DNA of 59,997 nt, the filler included. It is 4 parts of 4 records of this genome, joined end to end, with 100 filler letters (N's around TTAATTAATTAA, not from the genome) between each part and the next. Parts side by side here need not be neighbours in the genome. Positions count along the whole stretch, not along the records: positions 26,374 to 38,230 come from SRR31156797_20800; positions 38,331 to 59,997 come from SRR31156797_20821; 2 more parts are not named here. The stretch is one strand, 5' to 3'. The notes beneath the pieces were generated by a model, which was not told the DNA's origin, did not search any database, and saw only the letters and a program-made list of their open reading frames with translations. The first letter of the stretch is position 1; each line of letters opens with the position of its first letter. Positions 29,691 through 40,112 of the stretch are shown here, in pieces. Position numbers and translations under genes: made by a program.

Positions 29691-31613
29691 ATGAAAATTA
29701 TTTTGGTCTGTATTGTTATAATTCTTGCAAGTTCATTTTGCTTATATTCTCAAAAGAAAAATAACCCGGGCACTGAAGAAATAAAAACGGCAAAAGATTT
29801 AAAGGAGAAGTTCCCGGATGATGAAGTTGCTTTGGAAATAAGTAGGGATTACGTGACCTTCGGTTTTAATAAGAAGACAAAAAAGGTAACGGTTGAACAT
29901 CAGTTAGCAGAATTACTCATTAACCTGGGAGTGCGATCCGATATTCAGAGGTATTGCTTCTATGACGAGGAATCAACAATAGATGAGTTTAAAGTTTTAT
30001 ATAAGAATAATCGCCCAACAAATTATTATATCAGAGATGAAGCATACTCAGGAGAAGAACTGTTTCATGTAGACTCAAGAGTAAAATACGTTAATCTTGA
30101 TTTTCCGGTACAGGGATACCAATATAATATAACACAAAGAAAGAATTACAAAGATATCAAATACTTTAATGTTCTTTATTTTAATGATGTTTTGCCTACT
30201 GCCAGGAAAGAGATTAAGATTGAAGTTCCAAATTGGTTAAATGTTGAATTAAAGGAAATAAATTTTGAAAATTGTAATATAAAAAAGGAAGTTATTGATA
30301 AACAAGAAGCAAACGCAAAAATATATACTTATACTCTCTCAAATATTAACGCTGTATACAAAGATAAAAACGCACCGGGCCCAACCTATATTTATCCTCA
30401 CATTTTATTGCTTGCAAAATCATACCAAAGAGAAGGAAAAAAAGAACTAATCTTTAACTCAACTCAGGATTTATACAATTGGTATAAGTCATTAACAGAA
30501 AGCTTGAACAATGATAATTCTGCTTTTAAGGGACAAGTGGAAGAGTTAACGAAAGATGCCGAAACTGATATTGAGAAGATAAAAAGTATTTATTACTGGG
30601 TTCAGGATAATATACGATATATCGCATTTGAAGATGGAATTGCAGGTTTTAAACCCGATGAAGCATCCAATGTGTTCACAAAACGCTATGGTGATTGTAA
30701 GGGAATGGCTAATCTGACCAAACAAATGCTAGTAGAAGCAGGCTTTGATGCCAGGTTAACCTGGATTGGAACGAAAAGGGTAGCTTATGATTATTCTATC
30801 CCTTCTTTGGTTGTTGATAACCATATGATTTGTACTCTTTTTTATGATGGTAAACCTTTCTTTTTAGATGCTACAGAAAAATTCAATGCATTTGGTGAAT
30901 ATGCAGACCGTATTCAAGGGAAACAAGCATTAATAGAAGATGGAGATGATTTTATATTACTACAAGTGCCTTCTGTTGATGGAAGTTTTAATAAGGAAAG
31001 AATGGATTATGATTTTGTTTTAGATGGAGAAAACCTGGTTGGTTCCTCTACTAAAAAGTACTATGGAGAAAATAGAACTAGTTTGCTTAGTTATTTGCAT
31101 TCGTTAAAAAATGATAAAAAGGAAGATTTTCTGGAATGGTTCTTAAATAATGGAGATAGTAATATTAAAGTATCCGAAATTGAAACATCTGATTTACAAA
31201 ATAGAGAACTAACTTTAAGTTTTTCCTATAACATCTTATTAAAAAACAAGGTTGCTACTTTTGGTGATGATCTATATCTCGATATTGAATTTGATAATCA
31301 ATTTGTTGATTTTAGTCTTAAGGAGAGAAATACAGATTATGTATTTAATTTTAAACAAAAATTGGAATCTGCTACAACCATAAAAATTCCAGCCAATTAT
31401 ACTATCTCTCAATTGCCAGAAAATTTAACGTTTTCAAATGAGAATTTTGATGTTTTTATCAATTTTCTGAGCGATGAAAATTATATCACTTATGAAAAAG
31501 AGATTTATATAAAAAGATCAAAAATATGTACTACTGATTTTAAAGAATGGGATGAACTTATCTCTAGTGTCAATAGCATTTATAATCAACAAATAATTTT
31601 AAACAGAAACTGA
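29691..31613 (+). CDS. DUF3857 + transglutaminase-like domain protein
   Basis: WVQDNIRYIAFE, GDCKG, NHMIC, FLDAT (Cys-His-Asp triad). Confidence 0.88.
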   Translation: MKIILVCIVIILASSFCLYSQKKNNPGTEEIKTAKDLKEKFPDDEVALEISRDYVTFGFNKKTKKVTVEHQLAELLINLGVRSDIQRYCFYDEESTIDEFKVLYKNNRPTNYYIRDEAYSGEELFHVDSRVKYVNLDFPVQGYQYNITQRKNYKDIKYFNVLYFNDVLPTARKEIKIEVPNWLNVELKEINFENCNIKKEVIDKQEANAKIYTYTLSNINAVYKDKNAPGPTYIYPHILLLAKSYQREGKKELIFNSTQDLYNWYKSLTESLNNDNSAFKGQVEELTKDAETDIEKIKSIYYWVQDNIRYIAFEDGIAGFKPDEASNVFTKRYGDCKGMANLTKQMLVEAGFDARLTWIGTKRVAYDYSIPSLVVDNHMICTLFYDGKPFFLDATEKFNAFGEYADRIQGKQALIEDGDDFILLQVPSVDGSFNKERMDYDFVLDGENLVGSSTKKYYGENRTSLLSYLHSLKNDKKEDFLEWFLNNGDSNIKVSEIETSDLQNRELTLSFSYNILLKNKVATFGDDLYLDIEFDNQFVDFSLKERNTDYVFNFKQKLESATTIKIPANYTISQLPENLTFSNENFDVFINFLSDENYITYEKEIYIKRSKICTTDFKEWDELISSVNSIYNQQIILNRN

Positions 31614-31620
31614 AAACTGT

Positions 31621-33789
31621 ATGAAAAAAACAGCATTTATTGCCATCATTCTGATATGTTTTATTAATACAATTGGACAAACAAAGTACGAATCAGAAGC
31701 GAAAGATTTTTTCTGGGGAGATGGTGATCGATATAAAAATTCTTCTGAGATACCGGAAAAATGGGCAAATGAATCAGCTGTAATTTTGTACAAGAATGTA
31801 AACTATGAATTTCGGAAATTTGTAAAAAATGTGACTTATAAATCGTCAATTAGAAAACGAATAAAGCTGTTGGATAATGCCGCTGTTGAAGATTTTTCAG
31901 AATTTTATTTCACTAAAAGATTCAATTCGACTAAAGGGAGAGGATTTACTTTCAGAAGAGGTAGTAACGTGGTTGGAGTTAAAGTAGTAAAGCCTGATGG
32001 GACGGAAATTGAAATAAATGTTGACGAAGATGCAGTTGAAGTTGATGGTCAAATGAAGGTTCCTATTAAGAATCTGGAAGTTGGAGATATCATTGATTTT
32101 TACTTGTATGTTGTAGAGCCATTCAAGTCTGTATATGCATTTAGTTTTGATCCTGTTGAAACCATTTTAGGTGAAGAATATCCAATTGTAGACATGAAGC
32201 TTCATATTGATACTGAAAATGATTTTTTCATCAATTTTAACAGCTATAATGGAGCACCCGAATTAGTTCAATTATCTACAAGTAATGGTTTGAAAAGACA
32301 GTATGAATTAGTGGCTAATGACCTTGAAAAAAGTGAGTATAAAATGTGGTTTTACCCTTTGGTTGAATTGCCTTCATTTAAGTTTCAGGTATATTTTGCA
32401 AGAACTGGGAATCTTGAGGAAAAAGTAACGGCTTTCCTTCCCGAAAAGCAGGAAATAATAAAGGAGAGTGTTTCAAAGGAAGAAGTACTTGAGTTGTATA
32501 AAAGCCGAATTAAACCAGCTAATAATTCTTTAGATCTTAAAACTTTTTTAAAAGATAAAACTTTTCGTAATGATTCCGAAAAGGTTGCAGCGGCATATTA
32601 CTATATGCGACATTATTATTTTACCCGTTATATTGAAGCTTTCTTTATTGAAGATGCAAGTATAATGCCGAATCCATATGCACAGTATGGATCATTCCCT
32701 GTAATTATTCAAAATCAACGGCAATTTATTCGATATTTCACGGAGTTTTTGAAAGAGCAAAAAATTAAATATAACATTATAGCATCTAAAAGACGTTTTG
32801 ATGGTTCTATTGAAGACTTATTGATAGAAAAGAATATAAATTTACTATTAAAAGTCTACACCGAAGAACCATGCTACCTGAGTTACTTTGGACCGCATAC
32901 AAGTATCAATCAATATACGCCGCTTATTGAGAATACTGACGCGTACTTTATGAGCTCTTCCAAAAATAAAATTGATGGGATCAGAACGGAGAAAATTCCA
33001 ATGTCAAACTGTCTGCAAAATGTATCGAAAAAGAAGCTAACTCTTGTAATTGATGAAGATTTTTCGGGAATTGCTATAGCAATAAAAAACAATTATAAAG
33101 GTCACCTTAAAACTGATTCTCAGTATGAGAAACTTGTTTTCACAGACTATGTTTATGAGGATTATGAAAAGTATGGTACTAAGCCATTCATGGAGCTTCT
33201 TAAAAAGAAGTCTAGGCTTAAATACCAAAACGAATTTGATGCTATAAAACTAAAGGTCAAGGAAAAACAGAAGGAGCAGTTTGAGGAGGCCGTAAAAATG
33301 GAGTTTGACTTTAGTGAAATAGAAGGATATGATTATAAAATAGAAAATACAGGCCGTTATGATTTTGATTCTTACTTTAGTTACTCAGAACATTTTAAGG
33401 TGAAAAATGCATTAATAAAAAAGGCTGGGTCTAATTATATTCTTGAAATTGGAAAGCTGATCAGCCATCAAGTTGATCTCAATGAAAAACAACGCAGCAG
33501 AAAAGCCAATATACATATGGACTATCCTCGAACTTTTATCAATGAAATTTGCCTGAATATTCCTAAAGGATATACCGTTATTGGTATTGACAAATTAGAA
33601 AAGGCAGTGGATAATTCAACTGGATCTTTTATTAGTAGTGTTACTTTAAAAAATGATACTTTACTCATAAATACTACAAAAAAATACAAGAATAATTTCG
33701 AACCCAATAGGAATTGGGATCTAATGATAGACTTTTTAGATGTTGCACATCAATTTACGAATGAAAAAATCTTACTTAAAAAAATCTAA
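31621..33789 (+). CDS. DUF3857-domain protein, partner of the upstream gene
   Basis: Signal peptide; ESAVIL, RIKLLD, NLEVGDIID, IPKGYTV. Confidence 0.8.
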   Translation: MKKTAFIAIILICFINTIGQTKYESEAKDFFWGDGDRYKNSSEIPEKWANESAVILYKNVNYEFRKFVKNVTYKSSIRKRIKLLDNAAVEDFSEFYFTKRFNSTKGRGFTFRRGSNVVGVKVVKPDGTEIEINVDEDAVEVDGQMKVPIKNLEVGDIIDFYLYVVEPFKSVYAFSFDPVETILGEEYPIVDMKLHIDTENDFFINFNSYNGAPELVQLSTSNGLKRQYELVANDLEKSEYKMWFYPLVELPSFKFQVYFARTGNLEEKVTAFLPEKQEIIKESVSKEEVLELYKSRIKPANNSLDLKTFLKDKTFRNDSEKVAAAYYYMRHYYFTRYIEAFFIEDASIMPNPYAQYGSFPVIIQNQRQFIRYFTEFLKEQKIKYNIIASKRRFDGSIEDLLIEKNINLLLKVYTEEPCYLSYFGPHTSINQYTPLIENTDAYFMSSSKNKIDGIRTEKIPMSNCLQNVSKKKLTLVIDEDFSGIAIAIKNNYKGHLKTDSQYEKLVFTDYVYEDYEKYGTKPFMELLKKKSRLKYQNEFDAIKLKVKEKQKEQFEEAVKMEFDFSEIEGYDYKIENTGRYDFDSYFSYSEHFKVKNALIKKAGSNYILEIGKLISHQVDLNEKQRSRKANIHMDYPRTFINEICLNIPKGYTVIGIDKLEKAVDNSTGSFISSVTLKNDTLLINTTKKYKNNFEPNRNWDLMIDFLDVAHQFTNEKILLKKI

Positions 33790-33871
33790 CTAGTAGGTTG
33801 TATATAAGATCTTTGGTGTTATTTACATCGGTTTGTTACTATTGCTCTGAATTAATGCTTCTTGTGAAGTT

Positions 33872-36628
33872 TTATCCCGTACTTCCCATCGCATTTGCAA
33901 TTGCATTAACGGATAGAAGCAACTGATTAAGGATTTTATTTTTGTTATCTGTATTAGAGGTTTTTCTCCATTTGTCAAGATAGAAAACCTGGTACTTGTG
34001 CAATTCTTTTAGAGCCTCGGCACGTAGTTGTGTTGAGAAATAATGGTTTTTACGTCTCTCCTGCATTGAGCGTCCCAGTAATTCATTCATCAGTTCTTGT
34101 GTTTTTTGGAGTTCTTTTAACAGCATATTTAGAATTGTAGAGCGTGTTTGCTCGTCTTTTACAAGGCTGGCATAGAGTGCCATAATTTCCTTGTCAGTAC
34201 TGGCCAAGCTGGTGTCAATATTTGTGAAAATATACCTGATGAACTGGTTTTTAGGTAGTAATTCTTTAAGCCTTAAATATTTATCAGGATGCTCCTTTTT
34301 CATTTTTTCAAGGGTGCTGCCAACCCCGTACCAGCTGGTAATGTGGTACCTGGATTGCCCCCAGCTAAATACCCATGGAATTGCACGTAAATCGGCAAAT
34401 GTTCTTTTCCCTGTTCTTCGGGCAGGTCTCGATCCTATCTTGCTCTCTTCAATAATGTCGATTGGAGTAGCCTGTTGGTAATAATCAAGAAAATATTTAT
34501 TGTTAAGTAAGCTGGAATATTCAATATGACTTTCATGACCAAGAAATTCCATTATGTCGGAAATATGTTCGTTGTTTTCTTCTGAATTCTGGTGCAATAT
34601 TGTATTTAAGGTATTTCCAGCCATCATTAATTCAAGGTTATAAACGGCATTGATTTTATTGGCGTATTTTTTTTCAATGGTTTCTCCTTGTTCTGTAATT
34701 TTTATCTGACCAGAAAGTGTTCCGTCAGGAAGTGAGCGCAGAAACCAATGAACCGGTCCTGCTCCCCGACTTATAGAACCTCCTTTACCGTGAAAAAACT
34801 TGATTTGTATACCGTATCTTTTTCCAATTTTTATAATCTCTTTTTGTGCTTTATACAGGTACCAGGCACTGGCAAATATTCCCCCATCTTTGTTACTGTC
34901 GCTGTAACCGATCATTATTTCCTGAGTTTTTGCAGCGAGGTTTCTGGTTTTTCTTTGGTATTCCAGGCTATTTTGTACCTCGGGGTAACTAAAATATTCT
35001 TCCAGAATTGAAGGACTATCGATCAGGTCTTGAATGGTTTCGAAAAGCGGAACGACATGAAGTTTAACAATCATGGTTTTTTCGAAAAGTGTAAGTCCGG
35101 CTTCGCGAGCAAGTAGGTAAATAGTTAACAAGTCGTTGGCACTTTTGGTCATGCTTACAATTAACGATCCCAGTGCATAGATCGAATATTTTGAAATGTG
35201 TTTATTTAAGGTATTTAAACAGGCAATGCTACTTCTCGATTCATTTTTAAGGTTAGTGTGATTTCGCGTAAACGGTCGGGCCGAACGCAATTCCTGCTTA
35301 AGAAGATTCCTTTTATTTTCACTGGTTTTTAAATTAACAATCTTATTTAGTGGTGCCGATTCCTGAATAAGTTGTTCAAGGGCCCGATTATAATACTGAC
35401 TATTCTGACGGATGTCTAATTCAGCAATATGAAATCCAAAAGTTTTAACCAGCTGCAACGATCGGTTTGCACAATTGTAAGCCAGATCATGAAACCTTTC
35501 ATCCAGTAAAGTTTGTTTTAAAAGCTCAAGGTCTGCAATTAGTTGTTTTGAATGCCTGTATGTTCCTTTTTTGTTTTCAAGTGAAGGGAAAAAGGGAGAT
35601 TTGCTTTCGAGAGGTAATTTATTTATTAGAAGAAGAACCATTAATTTGAAGGCTTCGTTTCTCGATGAGGCAACAATATTTTTAACTTCATTTCCGTTCT
35701 CTGCTATTATCTCTTTAAATCGTTCTGTTGCATGCTTTGGTAGCTTTTGAATGTCAAAGTAGAAACTTAAATCTTCTGCTAGCTGTAATAGTTCTTTTTT
35801 TACGATTAACAAGGCATTTTTGCGGAGATTCTGTAGGGTTGATTGTGTGACCTCCGCAGTTACCAAAGGATGGCCGTCGCGGTCGCCACCTATCCATGTA
35901 CCAAACTTAAGTGTTGGAAAATTATTGGAATGAATAAGGTTTTCTGAGTTAAATCCGGAAAACTGCCAGGCCTGTATTAACCTACGGTTTAATAGCTGTA
36001 ATACTTCCGGGAAAACATTAACAAAATAGTGGTTTACATTTTCCAATTCTGTTTCAACAGTAGGTTTCTGGAGGTAATATTCATCAATGTGCCAAATGGT
36101 AGAAATTACTTTTTTTATTTCATTCCTGTTTTCCTGAAGTTCGTATGAATTATACATCGAGTTTTCTCGTTTTACAAGAAGAAGGTATAGTTCCCTGTAT
36201 TTTTTTAATACCACTGGGCGTTTTGCTTCTGTTGGATGTGCTGTCAGTACTGGATGGATTGAAATATTTTTTAAGGTTTTAAGGATTTCGCCTTCTGTTT
36301 TTCCTTTTTCTTTTAACAGTTTTATGCTGTCGGACCAGAGTCCGTTTATCGAAGAGAGATCATTTAACTCTTCCGTTTTTCTCCTTTGTTGAACGGCGCC
36401 ATTTGTTTCTGCCAGGTTTAGCAGCTGAAAACAAATGGAAAACATACGAAAGTGGTTTTGAGTAAACTGATTGTCGTTTTCGTTATAAACTCTACCTATC
36501 CAGGGCATAGAGTTAGAGAGTTCATTCTCATCGTTTTCAAGTAAAACCTCTTTAAAACATTCCAATAACAATTCAAGATCGAAATAAGGTTTCCCTAACT
36601 GCTTTTTTAACGTTTCAATATGCGACAT
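33872..36628 (-). CDS. ppc: Phosphoenolpyruvate carboxylase
   Basis: VLTAHPTE, WIGGDRDG, VPLFETI.DL, IMIGYSDSNKDGG, LRAIPWVFSW. Confidence 0.95.
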   Translation of the reverse strand: MSHIETLKKQLGKPYFDLELLLECFKEVLLENDENELSNSMPWIGRVYNENDNQFTQNHFRMFSICFQLLNLAETNGAVQQRRKTEELNDLSSINGLWSDSIKLLKEKGKTEGEILKTLKNISIHPVLTAHPTEAKRPVVLKKYRELYLLLVKRENSMYNSYELQENRNEIKKVISTIWHIDEYYLQKPTVETELENVNHYFVNVFPEVLQLLNRRLIQAWQFSGFNSENLIHSNNFPTLKFGTWIGGDRDGHPLVTAEVTQSTLQNLRKNALLIVKKELLQLAEDLSFYFDIQKLPKHATERFKEIIAENGNEVKNIVASSRNEAFKLMVLLLINKLPLESKSPFFPSLENKKGTYRHSKQLIADLELLKQTLLDERFHDLAYNCANRSLQLVKTFGFHIAELDIRQNSQYYNRALEQLIQESAPLNKIVNLKTSENKRNLLKQELRSARPFTRNHTNLKNESRSSIACLNTLNKHISKYSIYALGSLIVSMTKSANDLLTIYLLAREAGLTLFEKTMIVKLHVVPLFETIQDLIDSPSILEEYFSYPEVQNSLEYQRKTRNLAAKTQEIMIGYSDSNKDGGIFASAWYLYKAQKEIIKIGKRYGIQIKFFHGKGGSISRGAGPVHWFLRSLPDGTLSGQIKITEQGETIEKKYANKINAVYNLELMMAGNTLNTILHQNSEENNEHISDIMEFLGHESHIEYSSLLNNKYFLDYYQQATPIDIIEESKIGSRPARRTGKRTFADLRAIPWVFSWGQSRYHITSWYGVGSTLEKMKKEHPDKYLRLKELLPKNQFIRYIFTNIDTSLASTDKEIMALYASLVKDEQTRSTILNMLLKELQKTQELMNELLGRSMQERRKNHYFSTQLRAEALKELHKYQVFYLDKWRKTSNTDNKNKILNQLLLSVNAIANAMGSTG

Positions 36629-36942
36629 AATTATTCTAATAGGATTTAACAGGTAACTAAAAGATAACAATTAAAACGGAAAAAAGTAAGAAGAGATTAT
36701 ATGTACTTTTTAAAAATAGTTGTAAAAGAGAGTTTGATGAGGTGAGGTATGGTGCTGGTAATGAGCAATGTGTTGAGATGTTATTGCGGAGTAGAAAAAT
36801 AATAAATGTGTTCCAATCATTGATCCACAAAGTACTATTTTAGTCGGTTTGTATTCTCCACATAAAAAAGAAGAGACATGCAAAGATGTTTTTTGTGATA
36901 AAAAATACAAAATTGCTCTAGCTTACTTGTTGAGGCAAATTT

Positions 36943-37140
36943 CTAGTTCTTTCCAAAAATTTTTTGCGAAGTTATCTTGTTTGCAGAAATTGCTTGAAAC
37001 AAATACATAAAAACCTCTTTGTTAACCATCTCGTCTTGCGTGGGGGCCAGGAATTTTGATCCATATTTGTAGATGTACGCCGTACTAACCAACGACAGGC
37101 TTTCCAGTTCTTTTCTTGATTTGTTTGTGTAGCGTCCCAT
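36943..37140 (-). CDS. Small hypothetical protein
   Basis: 65-aa ORF with a plausible start; no family recognised. Confidence 0.35.
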   Translation of the reverse strand: MGRYTNKSRKELESLSLVSTAYIYKYGSKFLAPTQDEMVNKEVFMYLFQAISANKITSQKIFGKN

Positions 37141-37289
37141 AACAACACCTTTTGAAGTTTAATATAAAATTACAATATGCTTGGTGATAATATGGAAAGT
37201 TAAAACCTGAAAGAGAATATGAAACGTGCTGAAAATTAGGTAGGAGCTTATGGTTTGCTAGGTAATATTTGATGGTTGATTACCAGTTT

Positions 37290-37658
37290 TTATGCATATC
37301 GTCTCATTTTTTTTGCCTTTTTGTTTAAGAAAACATGTGCTTCTCCATAAGATTGAATCTGTCTGTTGGTGTTTAAGATTCGAAAGGATGGTTTTGGGTG
37401 ATCAACATTTTCGGCAAAAATTACGGGTTGGTTTAAGCGATTATTGACCGAAATAATGGTTTCTGTTTCGTAATCGTATTTAAAATCCTTGTGTTCTGCA
37501 AAAACAAATTCGAGCCCTGAACGCCCATATTCAATTTCGTAAAAGCGTGAGAAAACAAGATAAATTTTTCCATTTGGCATTCCATAATAATGAGCAGGAA
37601 AGGCTGTTGGAAGGTACGAAGCAGAGGTTTTATGGATGAGTTTTGCAATAACGTTCAT
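37290..37658 (-). CDS. Hypothetical protein
   Basis: 122-aa ORF, AT-rich Bacteroidota-type start context. Confidence 0.6.
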   Translation of the reverse strand: MNVIAKLIHKTSASYLPTAFPAHYYGMPNGKIYLVFSRFYEIEYGRSGLEFVFAEHKDFKYDYETETIISVNNRLNQPVIFAENVDHPKPSFRILNTNRQIQSYGEAHVFLNKKAKKMRRYA

Positions 37659-37885
37659 AGCTAAAGTTTTAATGTTTCATTTGCTGTATTATGAAATGGC
37701 TGGCTCTCGAAAATACCTGAACCATCTCATGCATCTGAAATTCATCATAAACTTACTCCTCTGTGTAAGTTCGTTTGGGTAATAAAAATAAATTAACGTC
37801 CTCCTTCATTAATATATTCCCCAAAGTGCCCAAAGGTAACCTTGTTAAGTCTTTGTAATCAGTCTTCTGCCTTTGTATTTGATCG

Positions 37886-38230
37886 CTATCGAATAATATC
37901 ACTAAAAAATACAGCGTTGGTAAAAAGTTTGCTGGTGCCCAACCAGGTTCCTCTAAAATTCATGTTGTCATAAAAGTTGATCAGTTTGCCTTTGCCCACT
38001 TTTTGAACGGCAACAACCGGAGCGTCTTTCAAACGATTAATGTTGGCTTCCGATACCCAGCCGCTAAGGTATGGACTGGAAGAGAATTTTACAGGTTCTG
38101 CATACTTTATACCTAAAGGTTGGGCAACCATGTTGGTGGTTTTAAAAATGGCCAGTTTTTTTGTACTATAGCCATAACACAATGGATGAGTATAATCCAA
38201 TTCTGCTTCAAAAATTGCCCCGCTTATTCG
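37886..38230 (-). CDS. C-terminus of an M14-type zinc carboxypeptidase-like protein (partial)
   Basis: GAIFEAELDYTHPLCYGY...YLSGW...NFRGTWLGTSKLFTNAVFF. Confidence 0.7.
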   Translation of the reverse strand, partial: RISGAIFEAELDYTHPLCYGYSTKKLAIFKTTNMVAQPLGIKYAEPVKFSSSPYLSGWVSEANINRLKDAPVVAVQKVGKGKLINFYDNMNFRGTWLGTSKLFTNAVFFSDIIR

Positions 38231-38330
38231 NNNNNNNNNNNNNNNNNNNNNNNNNNNNNNNNNNNNNNNNNNNNTTAATTAATTAANNNNNNNNNNNNNN
38301 NNNNNNNNNNNNNNNNNNNNNNNNNNNNNN
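38231..38330. other. Artificial contig linker
   Basis: N-run with TTAATTAATTAA. Confidence 0.98.
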
Positions 38331-39237
38331 TTGCCAAAGAGTCCCAGTAAGGTACGCATTTATATATAAACATCGCACAGACTACTCTGTTACAAGACTT
38401 TGCTCAGTTATGCGTGTGCATCCTAGCGGTTACTACTCTTGGGTACAAGAGCCTAAGAGCAAGCGTCAGAAGCGTGATGACTATTTAACGGGACTCGCAA
38501 AACAGTTTTGGATAGAGAGCGGTGGAGTGTACGGTTACCGTAAGATACATACTGATCTCAGAGAATCAGGTGAGTTCTGCGGTAAAAATCGTGTGCACAA
38601 GCTTATGAAACTTGCCGGAATTAAGTCTCAGGTGGGCTACCGTAAACCAAGATATTCTAAAGGTAAAGTTGCCAATATAGCAGATAATTATCTTCAGCAG
38701 GATTTTGAAGTATCCGAGCCTAATAAGGTTTGGGTAACAGATATTACCTATATCCGCACTTATGAAGGCTGGTTATATCTGGCAGTCGTGATAGATTTAT
38801 TCTCTCGTCAGATTATCGGCTGGTCAATGCAGCACCGGATGCATTCAGATATCGTTTTAAAGGCTCTTCTGATGGCTGTATAGCGCAGAAAGCCGGACAG
38901 TAATGTGATTATTCATTCTGACCAAGGAAGTCAGTATACTAGCTCTGAATGTCAAAGCTTTCTGAAGACACACAATCTAACCTGTAGCATGAGCAGGAAA
39001 GGTAACTGCTACGATAATGCAGTAGCAGAGAGCTTCTTTCAACTACTAAAACGTGAGCGTATAAAGCGGAAGATTTATAAAAGCAGAGAAGAAGCAAGTC
39101 GAGACATCTTTGATTATATTGAGATGTTTTACAATCCAATTAGGCGTCACGGAAACAATGGAAATCTATCTCCGGTTGAATTTGAAAAGAAGTATGCTAT
39201 AAACAAGAAAAGTGTCTACTAATTCAGTGGCGATTCA
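38331..39237 (+). mobile_element. IS3-family element (end of orfA, orfB, right end); orfB has an in-frame TAG at 38881-38883
   Basis: WVTDITY, DLFSR, HSDQGSQY, DNAVAESFF DDE motifs; ends ...GTGTCTACTAATTCAGTGGCGATTCA. Confidence 0.92.
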
Positions 39238-39268
39238 TACTTGCTGATTAAAATAAACCGTTTCCAAC

Positions 39269-39306
39269 TAGGTGAATTTACCTAAGTTACATGGAGTATT
39301 CACCTA
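39269..39306 (+). promoter_or_regulatory. Tandem NarL/LuxR-type binding boxes
   Basis: TAGGTGAATTTACCTA near-palindrome plus a degenerate copy 22 bp later. Confidence 0.5.
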
Positions 39307-39452
39307 GTTAGACTATGATGTATTAAATTGCCTTTAATACTAGATATATATAGCGATATATGTGAGATTGCTTTAGTTGATCAATATGTTGTAAATACTA
39401 ATATAAATAGTATATTAAGAGTTATGAATAATACATAGGCAAGAGGGAAATC

Positions 39453-40112
39453 ATGGAAAAGCACTCAGTATTTATTATTGATGATCACGCCCTAGTTAGA
39501 GAAGGGTTAGCTATGGTTGTAAATCAAGAACCAGACATGGAAGTATGCGGTTCTGCAGATGACGGCCCTTCTGCACTTAATATGTTGTTTGATATTGAAC
39601 CAAGTCTCTCAATAGTAGACCTGTCTTTGACAACTTCGGATGGTCTGGAGGTTGTTAAGGCTATAAAAGCCAGATACCCAAATGTTTTTGTTCTAGTTCT
39701 ATCTATGCGTGAAGAACTAGTTTTTGCTGAAAGATGTGTTCGTGCAGGAGCATCAGGCTATGTTATGAAGAGTGAAGAACCAACAGTTGTAATCAAGGCA
39801 CTCAGGCACATCTTAAAGGGGAAGATATATTTTAGTGAAAGGATGACAGAATATATCCTAAATAAAGCTATGAATGTGAAGGATTGTAGCGACAAAGACG
39901 TTGTGGAGGCTCTTACAGATAGAGAATTCCAAGTTTTTCAGATGATTGGAAACGGTTTCACTTCCAAGCACATTGCAGAGAAACTGAACCTGAGCGTGAA
40001 GACTATAGATGCTTTTCGCGAGAGTATGAAACATAAATTAGGTCTTAAGAACGCAAACGAACTCTCTCAATATGCTATCAAGTGGGCACACTATCAGGAT
40101 GTTATAATCTAA
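39453..40112 (+). CDS. NarL/FixJ (LuxR-HTH) response regulator
   Basis: IIDDH, VDLSL, GASGYVMK, LTDREFQV..IAEKLNLSVKTI. Confidence 0.93.
   Translation: MEKHSVFIIDDHALVREGLAMVVNQEPDMEVCGSADDGPSALNMLFDIEPSLSIVDLSLTTSDGLEVVKAIKARYPNVFVLVLSMREELVFAERCVRAGASGYVMKSEEPTVVIKALRHILKGKIYFSERMTEYILNKAMNVKDCSDKDVVEALTDREFQVFQMIGNGFTSKHIAEKLNLSVKTIDAFRESMKHKLGLKNANELSQYAIKWAHYQDVII

Noticed and set aside
10152-38330. Three identical TTAATTAATTAA motifs in N-runs, and ORFs ending in XXX-LIN
   Set aside because: Assembly linkers, not biological repeats; links between contigs are not meaningful
22384-38883. Alternative genetic code suggested by TGA and TAG at Trp positions
   Set aside because: The two cases lie on different contigs, and other genes use TGG for Trp and TGA/TAG as normal stops
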